From positions 1 to 25,294 of IMG/VR virus record IMGVR_UViG_3300030385_000908: a stretch of 25,294 bases of DNA. One strand, given 5' to 3'. Below are positions 6,856-15,983 of the stretch, piece after piece. The notes below the pieces were generated by a model. It was not told where the DNA came from. It was given only the letters and a program-made list of their open reading frames with translations, and did no database searches. A program made the translations under genes and the position numbers. Position 1 is the first letter of the stretch. Each line of letters begins with the position of its first letter. Source of the DNA: a virus. Its lineage: Duplodnaviria > Caudoviricetes.

Positions 6856-8042
6856 TAAAAATAATGAACCAAACGAGCAACTTGCCCACTTTCTTTTTGA
6901 TGTATGAATCCCTCAACAGCTTTATGTACTCCACAGAAGCCCTTTCTGCTATGCCAACTATCTGTTCCACTTGGTGAACGCATATATTCAACACTGACGC
7001 CAATAAAATCTTTGGCATCCAACCATTTATGTTTAACTTTATGATGTATATGATGTAAATACCAGTATCTGTATTTTGTTTCACTCCACATACTTGGCTT
7101 TTCCTGAGCCATTAACAAAGGTAGTTTGTCCATTTTAGCACCATCACCATGCTCCAGCCCTATTAAATTTAATCCATATAAATAATATTTCCTATGTGCT
7201 ACGCTAATATCAAAACTTATTTCCTCATCATTCCTGAACCAGCTTTTAAGGGCATGTGCTAAATGAAATCCGCTCTGATAATCGTGATTGCTCATTGAAT
7301 GTAAAATATCAACTGGTGCAATTTGCCTTAATCGTTCAATGCATTTAACATATAATTCTAATGCTATCTCAAAATGCTCCCACCACTTGCCATCCGTGTC
7401 CTGGATTGTGCCTTTTGTAGTTGTTTGGTAAACATTATCAATATGCAGAATATCGTTACCTACGCAAAACAATATGCGTTCCAAGGTAAACCCCTTAGAT
7501 TTAGTTAAAAGCCCCTCTATGCCCTCTAAAACACGACTGACGGCAATATTATTATTGTAACTATCACCCGTTTCTGTTTTATTGGCATATTTTCCAACAT
7601 GTATGTCAGCTGGATTTATAACCAATAAATGATTTGACGGCTTTTCTCTTTTTATTGGTGCGTAATAAGGTTGGTTGTTTTCAATTAAATCCTTGATTTT
7701 TTCAAGCAACTCATTTTCCCTTAACCTTTGCTTTTCTTTGGTTACGATTGAGAACCTTAAATCCCCCCCCATACTTTGCCAATGCTTTACACTAACAACA
7801 TCATCTTTATTTATACCCCTTTCTTTGAGATGTTCGTTTAATGCTGAATTATTATTTATATTATCAACATCAATTATACTGCTGTCATAATTAATAATCT
7901 TAGAAACCTGCTTCCTAAGATAATCAACATTAACATCAAAACTATAGGTACTCTTTAAAATATCAGCAATGGCCGTATAACCATTTCCTGCATTCCACAA
8001 TTGAATTATCTCATCTTTATATATGAGATATTTGTTTTGCAA
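6855..8042 (-). CDS. Calcineurin-like metallophosphoesterase with N-terminal HTH-like region
   Basis: ADIHVG, GNDILH, SNHD, HGD and HHIHH motifs; probable TTG start at 8042 just after the upstream stop. Confidence 0.8.
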   Translation of the reverse strand: MQNKYLIYKDEIIQLWNAGNGYTAIADILKSTYSFDVNVDYLRKQVSKIINYDSSIIDVDNINNNSALNEHLKERGINKDDVVSVKHWQSMGGDLRFSIVTKEKQRLRENELLEKIKDLIENNQPYYAPIKREKPSNHLLVINPADIHVGKYANKTETGDSYNNNIAVSRVLEGIEGLLTKSKGFTLERILFCVGNDILHIDNVYQTTTKGTIQDTDGKWWEHFEIALELYVKCIERLRQIAPVDILHSMSNHDYQSGFHLAHALKSWFRNDEEISFDISVAHRKYYLYGLNLIGLEHGDGAKMDKLPLLMAQEKPSMWSETKYRYWYLHHIHHKVKHKWLDAKDFIGVSVEYMRSPSGTDSWHSRKGFCGVHKAVEGFIHQKESGQVARLVHYF

Positions 8043-8043
8043 C

Positions 8044-8238
8044 TTATTTCTTTGTGTCCGATATAGCTTGGCCCAACACCAATGCTGCAATACTCATTAA
8101 GATATTTTGCGTTTCAACTGGGTCAAGCCCAATTGTATCATGCAATACCTGAACCGCCACACCTATTAAAGTGTATAAAAATTTGCGACTTCCAAACATT
8201 TTTTTAATTGTTTGTGTAATTAACCATTTTTTCATCAT
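8044..8238 (-). CDS. Putative holin / small membrane protein
   Basis: SRKFLYTLIGVAV and ILMSIAALVLGQAISD hydrophobic segments; adjacent to the endolysin. Confidence 0.6.
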   Translation of the reverse strand: MMKKWLITQTIKKMFGSRKFLYTLIGVAVQVLHDTIGLDPVETQNILMSIAALVLGQAISDTKK

Positions 8239-8279
8239 TTCATTTTTAATTAATAATTTGTAAATATATGTAAATTTTC

Positions 8280-8645
8280 CTAATATAACCATAGGACTAT
8301 CTTGTCCTTAGCTGGATGGTTGTCAACATGAATGAAGTTACCGCTATATTTACCAGCAATACCAAACCTGTCAAATCCTATCCACGCTAATGCGTCTATA
8401 ATTAATGCCCTGCTGCGACTATCCTTGCAACTAATATCTGCTGCAAATCCACTCAAATGTGCAGAATCACTTTTGCCCCCCACTACCTTGTTTCTCACTT
8501 CACATCTCCATCCACTATTGATTTTAAAAGGTATTCCAGCAAATCCTCTTGCCTTATCCAACATCTCAACAAACTCATTATCCATCTCACTTTTGCCACA
8601 GCAAGGGCATTGAAACTCTTTTGATTTGAAATATTTTAATCTCAT
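8280..8645 (-). CDS. Endolysin, peptidase M15A family
   Basis: YFKSKEFQCPCCG, INSGWRC, SAHLSGFAADI and FIHVD zinc-peptidase motifs. Confidence 0.9.
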   Translation of the reverse strand: MRLKYFKSKEFQCPCCGKSEMDNEFVEMLDKARGFAGIPFKINSGWRCEVRNKVVGGKSDSAHLSGFAADISCKDSRSRALIIDALAWIGFDRFGIAGKYSGNFIHVDNHPAKDKIVLWLY

Positions 8646-8767
8646 AAATATTTAATTGTATAAATCTTAACACCTCTCACCTCACCAATAAATGTACGTT
8701 CCATTTTTACCCCTTCCTCTTTTAAGTATTTTGGATTTTTACTATTTAATTTTCTTTTCTTGGCCAT
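8642..8767 (-). CDS. 41-aa basic peptide (not in ORF track)
   Basis: Manual translation MAKKRKLNSKNPKYLKEEGVKMERTFIGEVRGVKIYTIKYL; ATGA overlap with the endolysin start. Confidence 0.65.
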   Translation of the reverse strand: MAKKRKLNSKNPKYLKEEGVKMERTFIGEVRGVKIYTIKYL

Positions 8768-8936
8768 CGCTTTGCTTTTTATGATGTATCCATTTATCAA
8801 CTGTATAAAATATTGAAACTACTAATAACAGTATCTTTAAAATTAGTTCCAAATTTGTAAATGTTGTAACGCTTAATATCGTTCCATTTACTACTAATAC
8901 TTCTGATAAGTCTTGAGTTATTGATTTTATTGGCAT
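8742..8936 (-). CDS. Putative holin
   Basis: 64 aa with hydrophobic LELILKILLLVVSIFYTV and a basic C-terminus; upstream of the endolysin. Confidence 0.6.
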   Translation of the reverse strand: MPIKSITQDLSEVLVVNGTILSVTTFTNLELILKILLLVVSIFYTVDKWIHHKKQSDGQEKKIK

Positions 8937-8937
8937 A

Positions 8938-11900
8938 TTATATATCTATTATGGTAATCATACCACCCCAAATCCTCTGACTTGTGGTTGATAATTTTAC
9001 TCTTATTATTAAATAATTGAAGGCTGAGGAATCAACTGCTGATGTTAATGTGATTTGAGTATTCATTTCACCAGTACCCCCAGCTAAATCAGGAGCTGTA
9101 GTTAAATTGAAATTCTCATTTATTAACCCCTCATAAACCTCCACATCTTTATTTGCTGAACCCCAAACATCAACCAGAGTTGCACTTTTACCATATGGGA
9201 TTCTTACAAATGCAATTGGTTCACTTGTTGATGTTGTTACTTGTACTCCACTTGTTGAACTGTCTTTCCAAACTAATGGTGTTTCTGCATCATCATTAAT
9301 CATAAAATCAGTTGGCAATATATGTATTCGTGCCGCATCAACACCCACAATATTACCATCTGATTCTAATGGTCCTAATCTTGATGCTGATACATTCATT
9401 CCCCCAACTGTTCCTCTTGTTTTATTCTGATATTGTGTAATTAAATCCTTTTCACTGTGGGTAATCAAAGCCCCTATGTCAATGCCATCTGCTCCAAAAT
9501 CATAAGAAACAATTGTTAATTCCTCGGCATCAGATAATTGTGTTGCGTTAATTTCCAACTCAACTAATGCCCTACCTTTTGCAATTAACATTATTTTATC
9601 CCCTGCCACAAATAATGCCGTCCCAATCTGTTCTATTGGTATGGATGTTGTTGCTCCAGATAAAACACTTGTGGTTAGTGTGAAAAATGCATCACGTGCC
9701 ATTGAATTTGGGTCTGGATTTGGATTTGCCATTCTCGGTAGTACAGTGCTATCATCTAACACTGGACTATTATAACCATAAATTGTAGTTGTTTCGTTTG
9801 TAGTTGTTGGGTCGTCATCTTTAATCACCCATCCCTCATAATCCCACTCATCCATTAAAGTGTAAAACGTTCCTCTCCTAAAAACATAAAGATTTGTTAT
9901 TTGTCCAGTGATTGTTTCCCTTATTCTTCCAACTGGATTTATGTATTTGGGTGCTGTATATGTTCCATCAGTTTCTGTTTTTCCATTTACACTTGTGGCA
10001 ATTCTGGTATTAAGGATTTGAATGTTTGAGGCTTGGCCCCCTAAGACTTGAGTTAACAATATAAATGTTAATGATTCATTTCCTGTTAATGCCCCCTCTC
10101 CCCACTCTCCATTAAAGTCTGTTTGTATCCATGCAGAACCATTCCAAACCTGTAAACTTGCAAGGTCTGTAATATCTATAGTATCACCCCACCTGAGAAC
10201 TTTTACCCTTTTAATTTCAGAATCTGTAGTTCCTGTATTTAACATCACAGATTCTCCATAAATATTAACACCTCCTGATGAACTTAAACACATCAAATCC
10301 CCATCATATGGGTTCCCTAAACTTGTGTTAAAATTAATATTACCTGGCAGCATTGAATAGTTAAGTGTTGTTACATTAAATCCACTTGGTACATTTGTCC
10401 AAAATATTCCCAGGGCTGGGTTATAGGACAGACCTCCAGTCGTGCTAATAATAAACACTGATGATAGTACGTTATTAGTAGTCCAATATGTATCATCCAT
10501 AATTATTGAAAAATCCCATGGGCCATCAAAATCACTATGTGTTGGCAATACTCCGTTAAATAAGTCAACCAACTCGGGTTGACTTGGTTGTGGTACAGTA
10601 ACACCCCCCTGTACTGCCCATGTAGGGGGTTCACTTAATGTAAATGTTCCTCTTGGTCTGAAATCTTGTTGTGTTAAACCAAATGTTGGTTGTGTTGTTT
10701 CCCATGAGTAAGTTCCAAAATCATATGTTAACCATCTTGTTGTAACTCCATCTGTTGCTTTTAAATCAAAATAAAATGTAACAGTGTGAGTTCCAAGAGG
10801 AGGAGGGTCGTTGTATCTGGTACAAATTAAGGGAATTCTTAAATATAACTCCCCAGCTCCAGACGCATCTATAATTGTCCCTTGGTCCATTGTTCCTACA
10901 AATGCCCCAGCACTTGGCCCAGTTAATGAGCGTGTTGGAAATCCACCATAATAATTATGTCCACCTCCTGTAATAAAATCACCTGTTACTGTTTTTAAAC
11001 GTGCATAAAAATCATATTTTGACCCTGTTAGTTTTTGGATTCCCTCAGTTGGTGTTGTTAAGTCAAATGCTAACTGATACCTTGTTTGGTCTTTATCTCC
11101 TATATATGCTAAATCACCATTTTGTCCTGAACTTAGATAATATATTCTTGTAGGTATATTTTCTGGATTTAAAAATGTCCCACCATTTGCCGTATTGTAT
11201 TCTGATATTTGTATAATCCAGAAAACATGTTTCCAATATACAATTCTACATCCCCAAACTTTCAATATTGCTTTTAATATCTCATATGTGGTACTTACTT
11301 TAAATGTTCCCTGTTGGTCTTGTGTATGCGACCAACTCATTTTCCCCTTGGTGTTATATAAAGGGTCATTTGATTGAGATGGGGCTTCATGGTCTGCATT
11401 GTACCAATCAACTGAGGTTCTAAATTCTGCATCAACATATGCCCCTTCAGCTGTTCCTCCAATTCCTGTTTTTAATAATGCTTGTGAAATCCAATAAGTG
11501 AAACGGCCTGGCCCCCAATACATATCATTTTGGTCATAAGGTTTTGTTGCTCCAACACCAACCCAATCCCTATCTTTTAATAATGCCAAACCATCAGTTG
11601 CTGTTATTATAACATCATATGGCTTCGCAATATCTTCTTTACTACCTAAATCCATTAACACATAACCACCCCACAATGGTGCTTCATCAGCTGCTGTTGA
11701 TTGGTATAAATAAACATACACCTGTTGTTCCTCATATGTGTCCCTCAAGTCGGTAACAAATACCTCCATCGCCGTTCCCTTAACAACTATTGGAATTGTC
11801 ATTTTAGAACTTAAAATTGTATTGAACCTCTCCTCATTATCTGTATCATATGAGATAACTGGACCTCCTGTTCCTAATGTAATTTCTGATGCAGCCGTGG

Positions 11901-11985
11901 TATTACCATCAATCCAAATTTCTAAATGATAATCTGTATCATTGTAACTCTTATAATCAGAATAAAATCTTTTTGTATAGGCCAT
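8938..11985 (-). CDS. Large tail tip / baseplate protein
   Basis: 1015 aa directly after the tape measure; hub-like N-terminal LWGGYV...ATDGLALLK; T/G/D-rich beta-type composition. Confidence 0.7.
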   Translation of the reverse strand: MAYTKRFYSDYKSYNDTDYHLEIWIDGNTTAASEITLGTGGPVISYDTDNEERFNTILSSKMTIPIVVKGTAMEVFVTDLRDTYEEQQVYVYLYQSTAADEAPLWGGYVLMDLGSKEDIAKPYDVIITATDGLALLKDRDWVGVGATKPYDQNDMYWGPGRFTYWISQALLKTGIGGTAEGAYVDAEFRTSVDWYNADHEAPSQSNDPLYNTKGKMSWSHTQDQQGTFKVSTTYEILKAILKVWGCRIVYWKHVFWIIQISEYNTANGGTFLNPENIPTRIYYLSSGQNGDLAYIGDKDQTRYQLAFDLTTPTEGIQKLTGSKYDFYARLKTVTGDFITGGGHNYYGGFPTRSLTGPSAGAFVGTMDQGTIIDASGAGELYLRIPLICTRYNDPPPLGTHTVTFYFDLKATDGVTTRWLTYDFGTYSWETTQPTFGLTQQDFRPRGTFTLSEPPTWAVQGGVTVPQPSQPELVDLFNGVLPTHSDFDGPWDFSIIMDDTYWTTNNVLSSVFIISTTGGLSYNPALGIFWTNVPSGFNVTTLNYSMLPGNINFNTSLGNPYDGDLMCLSSSGGVNIYGESVMLNTGTTDSEIKRVKVLRWGDTIDITDLASLQVWNGSAWIQTDFNGEWGEGALTGNESLTFILLTQVLGGQASNIQILNTRIATSVNGKTETDGTYTAPKYINPVGRIRETITGQITNLYVFRRGTFYTLMDEWDYEGWVIKDDDPTTTNETTTIYGYNSPVLDDSTVLPRMANPNPDPNSMARDAFFTLTTSVLSGATTSIPIEQIGTALFVAGDKIMLIAKGRALVELEINATQLSDAEELTIVSYDFGADGIDIGALITHSEKDLITQYQNKTRGTVGGMNVSASRLGPLESDGNIVGVDAARIHILPTDFMINDDAETPLVWKDSSTSGVQVTTSTSEPIAFVRIPYGKSATLVDVWGSANKDVEVYEGLINENFNLTTAPDLAGGTGEMNTQITLTSAVDSSAFNYLIIRVKLSTTSQRIWGGMITIIDI

Positions 11986-14373
11986 TTATACTCCTCTTAA
12001 TCTTAATCCTGTTGTCTTACTATTACTCAACCAAATATCATTTCCGATTAATCTCCCCTCAACCTCTATTTGTTGAACTCCTCCTGCCATCATGGATTTT
12101 AATTTATTTAATGGTGCAATGACTTCAGGATTCCCACTACCTGCTCCAGAATACTCTCCCATTAATCCAACTGTTGGTCCACTTACGATTCCACCATCTG
12201 CAAATTGTGGTATTGGGGTTGATGCTATTAGCCCTATTTGAACCGCTCCCATTGCACCAACTGCTATTGCTAATGGTAATCCGAGTGGTAATCCAAATTG
12301 ACCAATTACTGTCATTACCCCCTCAGCTGTTGATATTATTGCATTCATAATACCCATGGCCTTTTCTCTTTTTGCTTGTTTTGTTTTTAGTTCTTTCTCC
12401 TGTCGTGCGAACTCCTCATCTGATTCTTGTTTCTTTTTATTATAGGAAGTATTCAAATCTTCTATGTACTTCAGTTTCTGCTCCTCATTCATGTTAGAAT
12501 TTTGAATAGTCAAGAGTTCATATTCATAATCATTCTCCAGTGCCTCATTTTTAATTGCTCTGGAGTTTTCAAATTCTTGCATTTCTTTTTTATTAAGTGC
12601 ACCAACCAACTCACTTAAACTACTAAAAAGAGTTCTTGCCTTCTGAATGGATGAGGTAATTTGTGTTCCCCACGCATCCCAATATTCACTCCATTTTGCA
12701 CCTAATGATTTTGTTGTTTCATCTGTTGCATTTAATATTTCATCTGAAACTGATTTTATTGCTGCAATAGGGCCACCCAAATCCACATTTAATGATGTTA
12801 ATGTAGATGTTTTTTTATCTTCCTTTTTTGTGGGTTGTGTACTTCCTCCCCCTAATTTTAATGGATTATTTAATATTCCTAATGCATCTCCTAACTCTTT
12901 TGCTTGGTTTTTCATTGCATCTACAAAACTACCAAACTCATTTTCATACTCTTTTGTTTCAACTTTCAAATCTTCCAACCCATCTGCTATTGTTTCAAAT
13001 GGATTGATGATAGGGTCTTTACCTAAATATGTTGCTAATTCATTAAATCCTTTAATTAATAAAGATATTGGGCTGAATTCAATAACCCATTGTAGGGCTT
13101 GTATTAATGCATTTTTCCACCAGCCCCAATCTCCTAACCTTTCTTTGAATGCATCCCAATTTTCTCTCACATAAGCAAATGCAACAACTATTGCTACAAT
13201 TGCAGCAACTACCAACCCTATTGGGCTTAATAGCATTGCAAATGCTGTTGCAATTGAACCAATTAAGGCTAATGCTGGGCCTAACGCTGCAACAAATAAG
13301 GCTATCGTTACAATATTGGTTTTTACACTCTTATCTAATCCACTCCACCATGCTAAACTTTCCTGAATCCCTCCCATTAATTTCTCAAATACTGGTATGA
13401 GCATTTCCCCCAAAGTAATTGCAACTCCTTCAGCTTGGGATGCTAAACGCCTCATTGCTCCAGCTGCACCACTATCCATAATATCAGCCATCTCCTGAGA
13501 TTTTCCTGCCGACTCGTCTAATGCTTTTGAATACCTTTCTGTTTTTTCTGTATTTTTTGCTAATGTTAATCCTGATGAAAATGCAATACCTCCAAATAAT
13601 TCAGTTGCTGTTTTAAGTTTATCTGTTGAGGTGTTTATTTGATTCATAGCCTCATCATAGCTAATTCCCTTCAGGGCTAATTCAACAAATATTTTTCTTA
13701 AATGAGTACCCATTTTTGATGCTTGCATTCCACTATCTGCCAATGTCATCATCATAGAGGTTAAATCCTCCAATGGAACTCCAACTGCACTTGCTGTTGC
13801 ACCAACTGTTGGCATTGCAATACTTAGTTTCTCCATATCAATTGCAGCACTTGAACTGGCAACTGCAAACATGTCAGCAACTTTTGTTGCGTCCTCTGCC
13901 TCCATCCCAAAACTGTTCATTGTTGATGCAACTATTGTTGCACTTTGAGCCAAATCATGTCCTGTTGCTTGAGCTAAACTTAATATGGAATCTGTTGATT
14001 TATTTATTTCTTTAGGTGTTAAACCTAATTTAGATAATTCTAATTGCAACTCAGCAACTTGTGATGCAGTAAACATTGTGGATGAACCTAATCTCTTTGC
14101 GTTTGCCTCTAATGATTTAAACTCTGACGCAGTTGCCCCACTTACTGCCTTAACTTTCAGCATGGCTTGTTCAAAATTAGCAAATGTTTTTATTGCAATT
14201 GCACCCAATCCAATAATGGGCATTGTTAAACCAGTTGTCATTGAACTCCCAACATTTTTCATTGACCTCCCAAAACGCTTTACTTTCCTTTGGGCTTGTT
14301 TCATTGCCTTATTAAATCCAGCTAAGTTTGCCCCAAAATTAAATGTTAAAAATCCAACTGCTTTATTTGCCAT
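11986..14373 (-). CDS. Tail tape measure protein (TP901-type core)
   Basis: FEQAMLKVKAVSGAT, AKRLGSSTMFTASQVA, Ala-rich helices, TM segments and C-terminal FADGGIVSGPT...GE...PEVIAPL. Confidence 0.95.
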   Translation of the reverse strand: MANKAVGFLTFNFGANLAGFNKAMKQAQRKVKRFGRSMKNVGSSMTTGLTMPIIGLGAIAIKTFANFEQAMLKVKAVSGATASEFKSLEANAKRLGSSTMFTASQVAELQLELSKLGLTPKEINKSTDSILSLAQATGHDLAQSATIVASTMNSFGMEAEDATKVADMFAVASSSAAIDMEKLSIAMPTVGATASAVGVPLEDLTSMMMTLADSGMQASKMGTHLRKIFVELALKGISYDEAMNQINTSTDKLKTATELFGGIAFSSGLTLAKNTEKTERYSKALDESAGKSQEMADIMDSGAAGAMRRLASQAEGVAITLGEMLIPVFEKLMGGIQESLAWWSGLDKSVKTNIVTIALFVAALGPALALIGSIATAFAMLLSPIGLVVAAIVAIVVAFAYVRENWDAFKERLGDWGWWKNALIQALQWVIEFSPISLLIKGFNELATYLGKDPIINPFETIADGLEDLKVETKEYENEFGSFVDAMKNQAKELGDALGILNNPLKLGGGSTQPTKKEDKKTSTLTSLNVDLGGPIAAIKSVSDEILNATDETTKSLGAKWSEYWDAWGTQITSSIQKARTLFSSLSELVGALNKKEMQEFENSRAIKNEALENDYEYELLTIQNSNMNEEQKLKYIEDLNTSYNKKKQESDEEFARQEKELKTKQAKREKAMGIMNAIISTAEGVMTVIGQFGLPLGLPLAIAVGAMGAVQIGLIASTPIPQFADGGIVSGPTVGLMGEYSGAGSGNPEVIAPLNKLKSMMAGGVQQIEVEGRLIGNDIWLSNSKTTGLRLRGV

Positions 14374-14638
14374 GTTCTTCCATCTTTTTAATGTATTCTG
14401 CTTTTGTTTTTAATTTTTTAAAATCAACCTCATCTGTTTTTTTCTCCCAATCAAAGTCCATCAAATCTTTGGGCTTTAAAGTTTTATTTTTAGGTAGTTG
14501 AATATTAAGTAGTAGTGTTGTTTGCCATCTTACCCTTTCCCATTCTTGTCGCTGTCTCATGTTTTCCAACTCATAAAATCCATCCAGCTTATTCCAAAAA
14601 TGTTTGGGTAACATATCATAAAAATCATCTACACCCAT
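14363..14638 (-). CDS. Tail assembly chaperone T segment (expressed as a gpGT-like -1 frameshift fusion)
   Basis: Frame is open from 14713 to 14363 and is -1 relative to the upstream chaperone gene. Confidence 0.85.
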   Translation of the reverse strand: MGVDDFYDMLPKHFWNKLDGFYELENMRQRQEWERVRWQTTLLLNIQLPKNKTLKPKDLMDFDWEKKTDEVDFKKLKTKAEYIKKMEEHGK

Positions 14639-14691
14639 TCCAACTTGCCCGAATGCTATACTTTCTAACTCACGCCAACTAAGAGCTTTTT

Positions 14692-15021
14692 TTATTTTTT
14701 GTTGGCCTTTTGCTTTTTTTTAGTTGTTCCCCCCATTTGTTCGGCTAAAACTTCCATGCACCGCCCTATTGAATCAAAATCCTCATCAATCAAATCAGCT
14801 AAGGAATCAATAGTTATTTCACATGGTTGTTTTGCAGCTCTATAACCATCCTCTAAGCCACAAAAAATTAAAGTTAAGGCATTGTCTAAATTCATATTTT
14901 GCCCTAACTTGTCTAAATCTGCCAAACTTGTGTCAGTTAATGCACTATATTTCCTCAATGCATTGAATCCAAATTTAACTGGATATTTTTTTTCATTAAT
15001 TTCTACAAATGTGTATTTCAT
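14692..15021 (-). CDS. Tail assembly chaperone (gpG-like)
   Basis: Between tail tube and tape measure; YPVKFGFNAL motif; slippery site near its end. Confidence 0.85.
   Translation of the reverse strand: MKYTFVEINEKKYPVKFGFNALRKYSALTDTSLADLDKLGQNMNLDNALTLIFCGLEDGYRAAKQPCEITIDSLADLIDEDFDSIGRCMEVLAEQMGGTTKKKQKANKK
14713..14719 (-). other. -1 programmed frameshift heptamer A AAA AAG
   Basis: In-frame ACT AAA AAA AAG; the -1 frame has TAA just before the site and is open after it. Confidence 0.85.
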
Positions 15022-15045
15022 GTTTGTTTGTTTTTAAGTAGGCTT

Positions 15046-15084
15046 GCAAAGGGATGAAACAAACTAACAAGCTCATCCCCCTGC
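15046..15084 (-). promoter_or_regulatory. Intergenic RNA hairpin between tail tube and chaperone genes
   Basis: GCAGGGGGAUGAG pairs with UUCAUCCCUUUGC (13 bp, 3 G-U); no U-tract immediately after it. Confidence 0.65.
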
Positions 15085-15099
15085 TCCCCCAAATTGTTA

Positions 15100-15534
15100 C
15101 TACGATACTGTTTGCGTCAATGCTCCTGTTCCCTCAAAACTCATTGAATAAGTAGCTGTATCCTCTGTTCCTGCGGACACTGAGAATGATGTTAAAAATA
15201 CCGAACCACTGTACACTGTGTCTCCTGTTGCAGCCCCAACATTTCCAAATTTAACTGTTAATGCTACTCTGTTGGTTATCATATTTACTAACGCTACATC
15301 ATCCGCACCATTTGTTAATGCAGATGACGCTGCATCTGTCCATGCATATGCCCCATCTAAATCAATTGAAAAATCTCTCAATCCCTCAAGAGATTCTTTC
15401 CATCCTGAACTTTCTTTATTTGTTATTTCTCTCAAACCCAGATTCAAATTTAATGAACCATTTTGGGCATAAGCAACTAAGACAGCTGTTCCACTATCGT
15501 AAACTTTAATCTCTGTTCCATTTATTATTGCCAT
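15100..15534 (-). CDS. Major tail (tube) protein, TP901-1-like family
   Basis: REITNKESSGWKESLEGLRDFSI, YSGSVFLTS and ATYSMSFEGTGAL motifs. Confidence 0.9.
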   Translation of the reverse strand: MAIINGTEIKVYDSGTAVLVAYAQNGSLNLNLGLREITNKESSGWKESLEGLRDFSIDLDGAYAWTDAASSALTNGADDVALVNMITNRVALTVKFGNVGAATGDTVYSGSVFLTSFSVSAGTEDTATYSMSFEGTGALTQTVS

Positions 15535-15561
15535 TTTCTTTCTTTTTTATTTATTAATTAA

Positions 15562-15747
15562 TTAATTTTCTTTTTTATCTTCTTTTTTTGCTTCTTTTTT
15601 TGCTTTCTTTTTTTTAGGCTTTACAATGCATTCCAATTCAATCAACTCTTGCAATTCATCTTTGATTGTTATAACAACCCATGCTCCTTTCCTAATTATT
15701 TTTCCGTGCCTTTTACTCGGCCAATCTTTTATTAATTCGTATGTCAT
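15562..15747 (-). CDS. Small protein with Lys-rich C-terminus
   Basis: Track ORF 15562..15768; start more likely at MTYELIKDW; located in the tail module. Confidence 0.65.
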   Translation of the reverse strand: MTYELIKDWPSKRHGKIIRKGAWVVITIKDELQELIELECIVKPKKKKAKKEAKKEDKKEN

Positions 15748-15749
15748 TT

Positions 15750-15971
15750 TTATTCTTCTTTTACCCATCCATTAACTGGGTTGTTTATAAATATTAATAT
15801 CTCAGAATGTGAATATTGTTCAAATCCTATTAAATCAACTGGAGTATCCCCCTTGAATTTAACAATAAATTCTGTTCCTTGTAGATTGTATCTCAATGTA
15901 TTTTTATTCTCAATAACTCCTAAAAAATCTATTATATCAACCTTTTCTGTATTTAGTATAATGTATTTCAT
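15750..15971 (-). CDS. Small conserved phage protein accompanying the LamG gene
   Basis: IDFLGVIE...TLRYNLQGTEFIVKFKG...P...YSHSEIL...W pattern, which I recall from aquatic phage proteins next to LamG genes (unverified). Confidence 0.7.
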   Translation of the reverse strand: MKYIILNTEKVDIIDFLGVIENKNTLRYNLQGTEFIVKFKGDTPVDLIGFEQYSHSEILIFINNPVNGWVKEE

Positions 15972-15983
15972 AATTTTGAGGTA

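Noticed and set aside
6812-7084. 90-aa minus-strand ORF with a hydrophobic end
   Set aside because: It lies mostly within the phosphoesterase gene in another frame; no supporting motif or start context.
12380-12396. Repeat-like TTGTTTTTAGTTCTTT in the tape measure gene
   Set aside because: Has an extra base, is intragenic and is explained by KELKTK codons.
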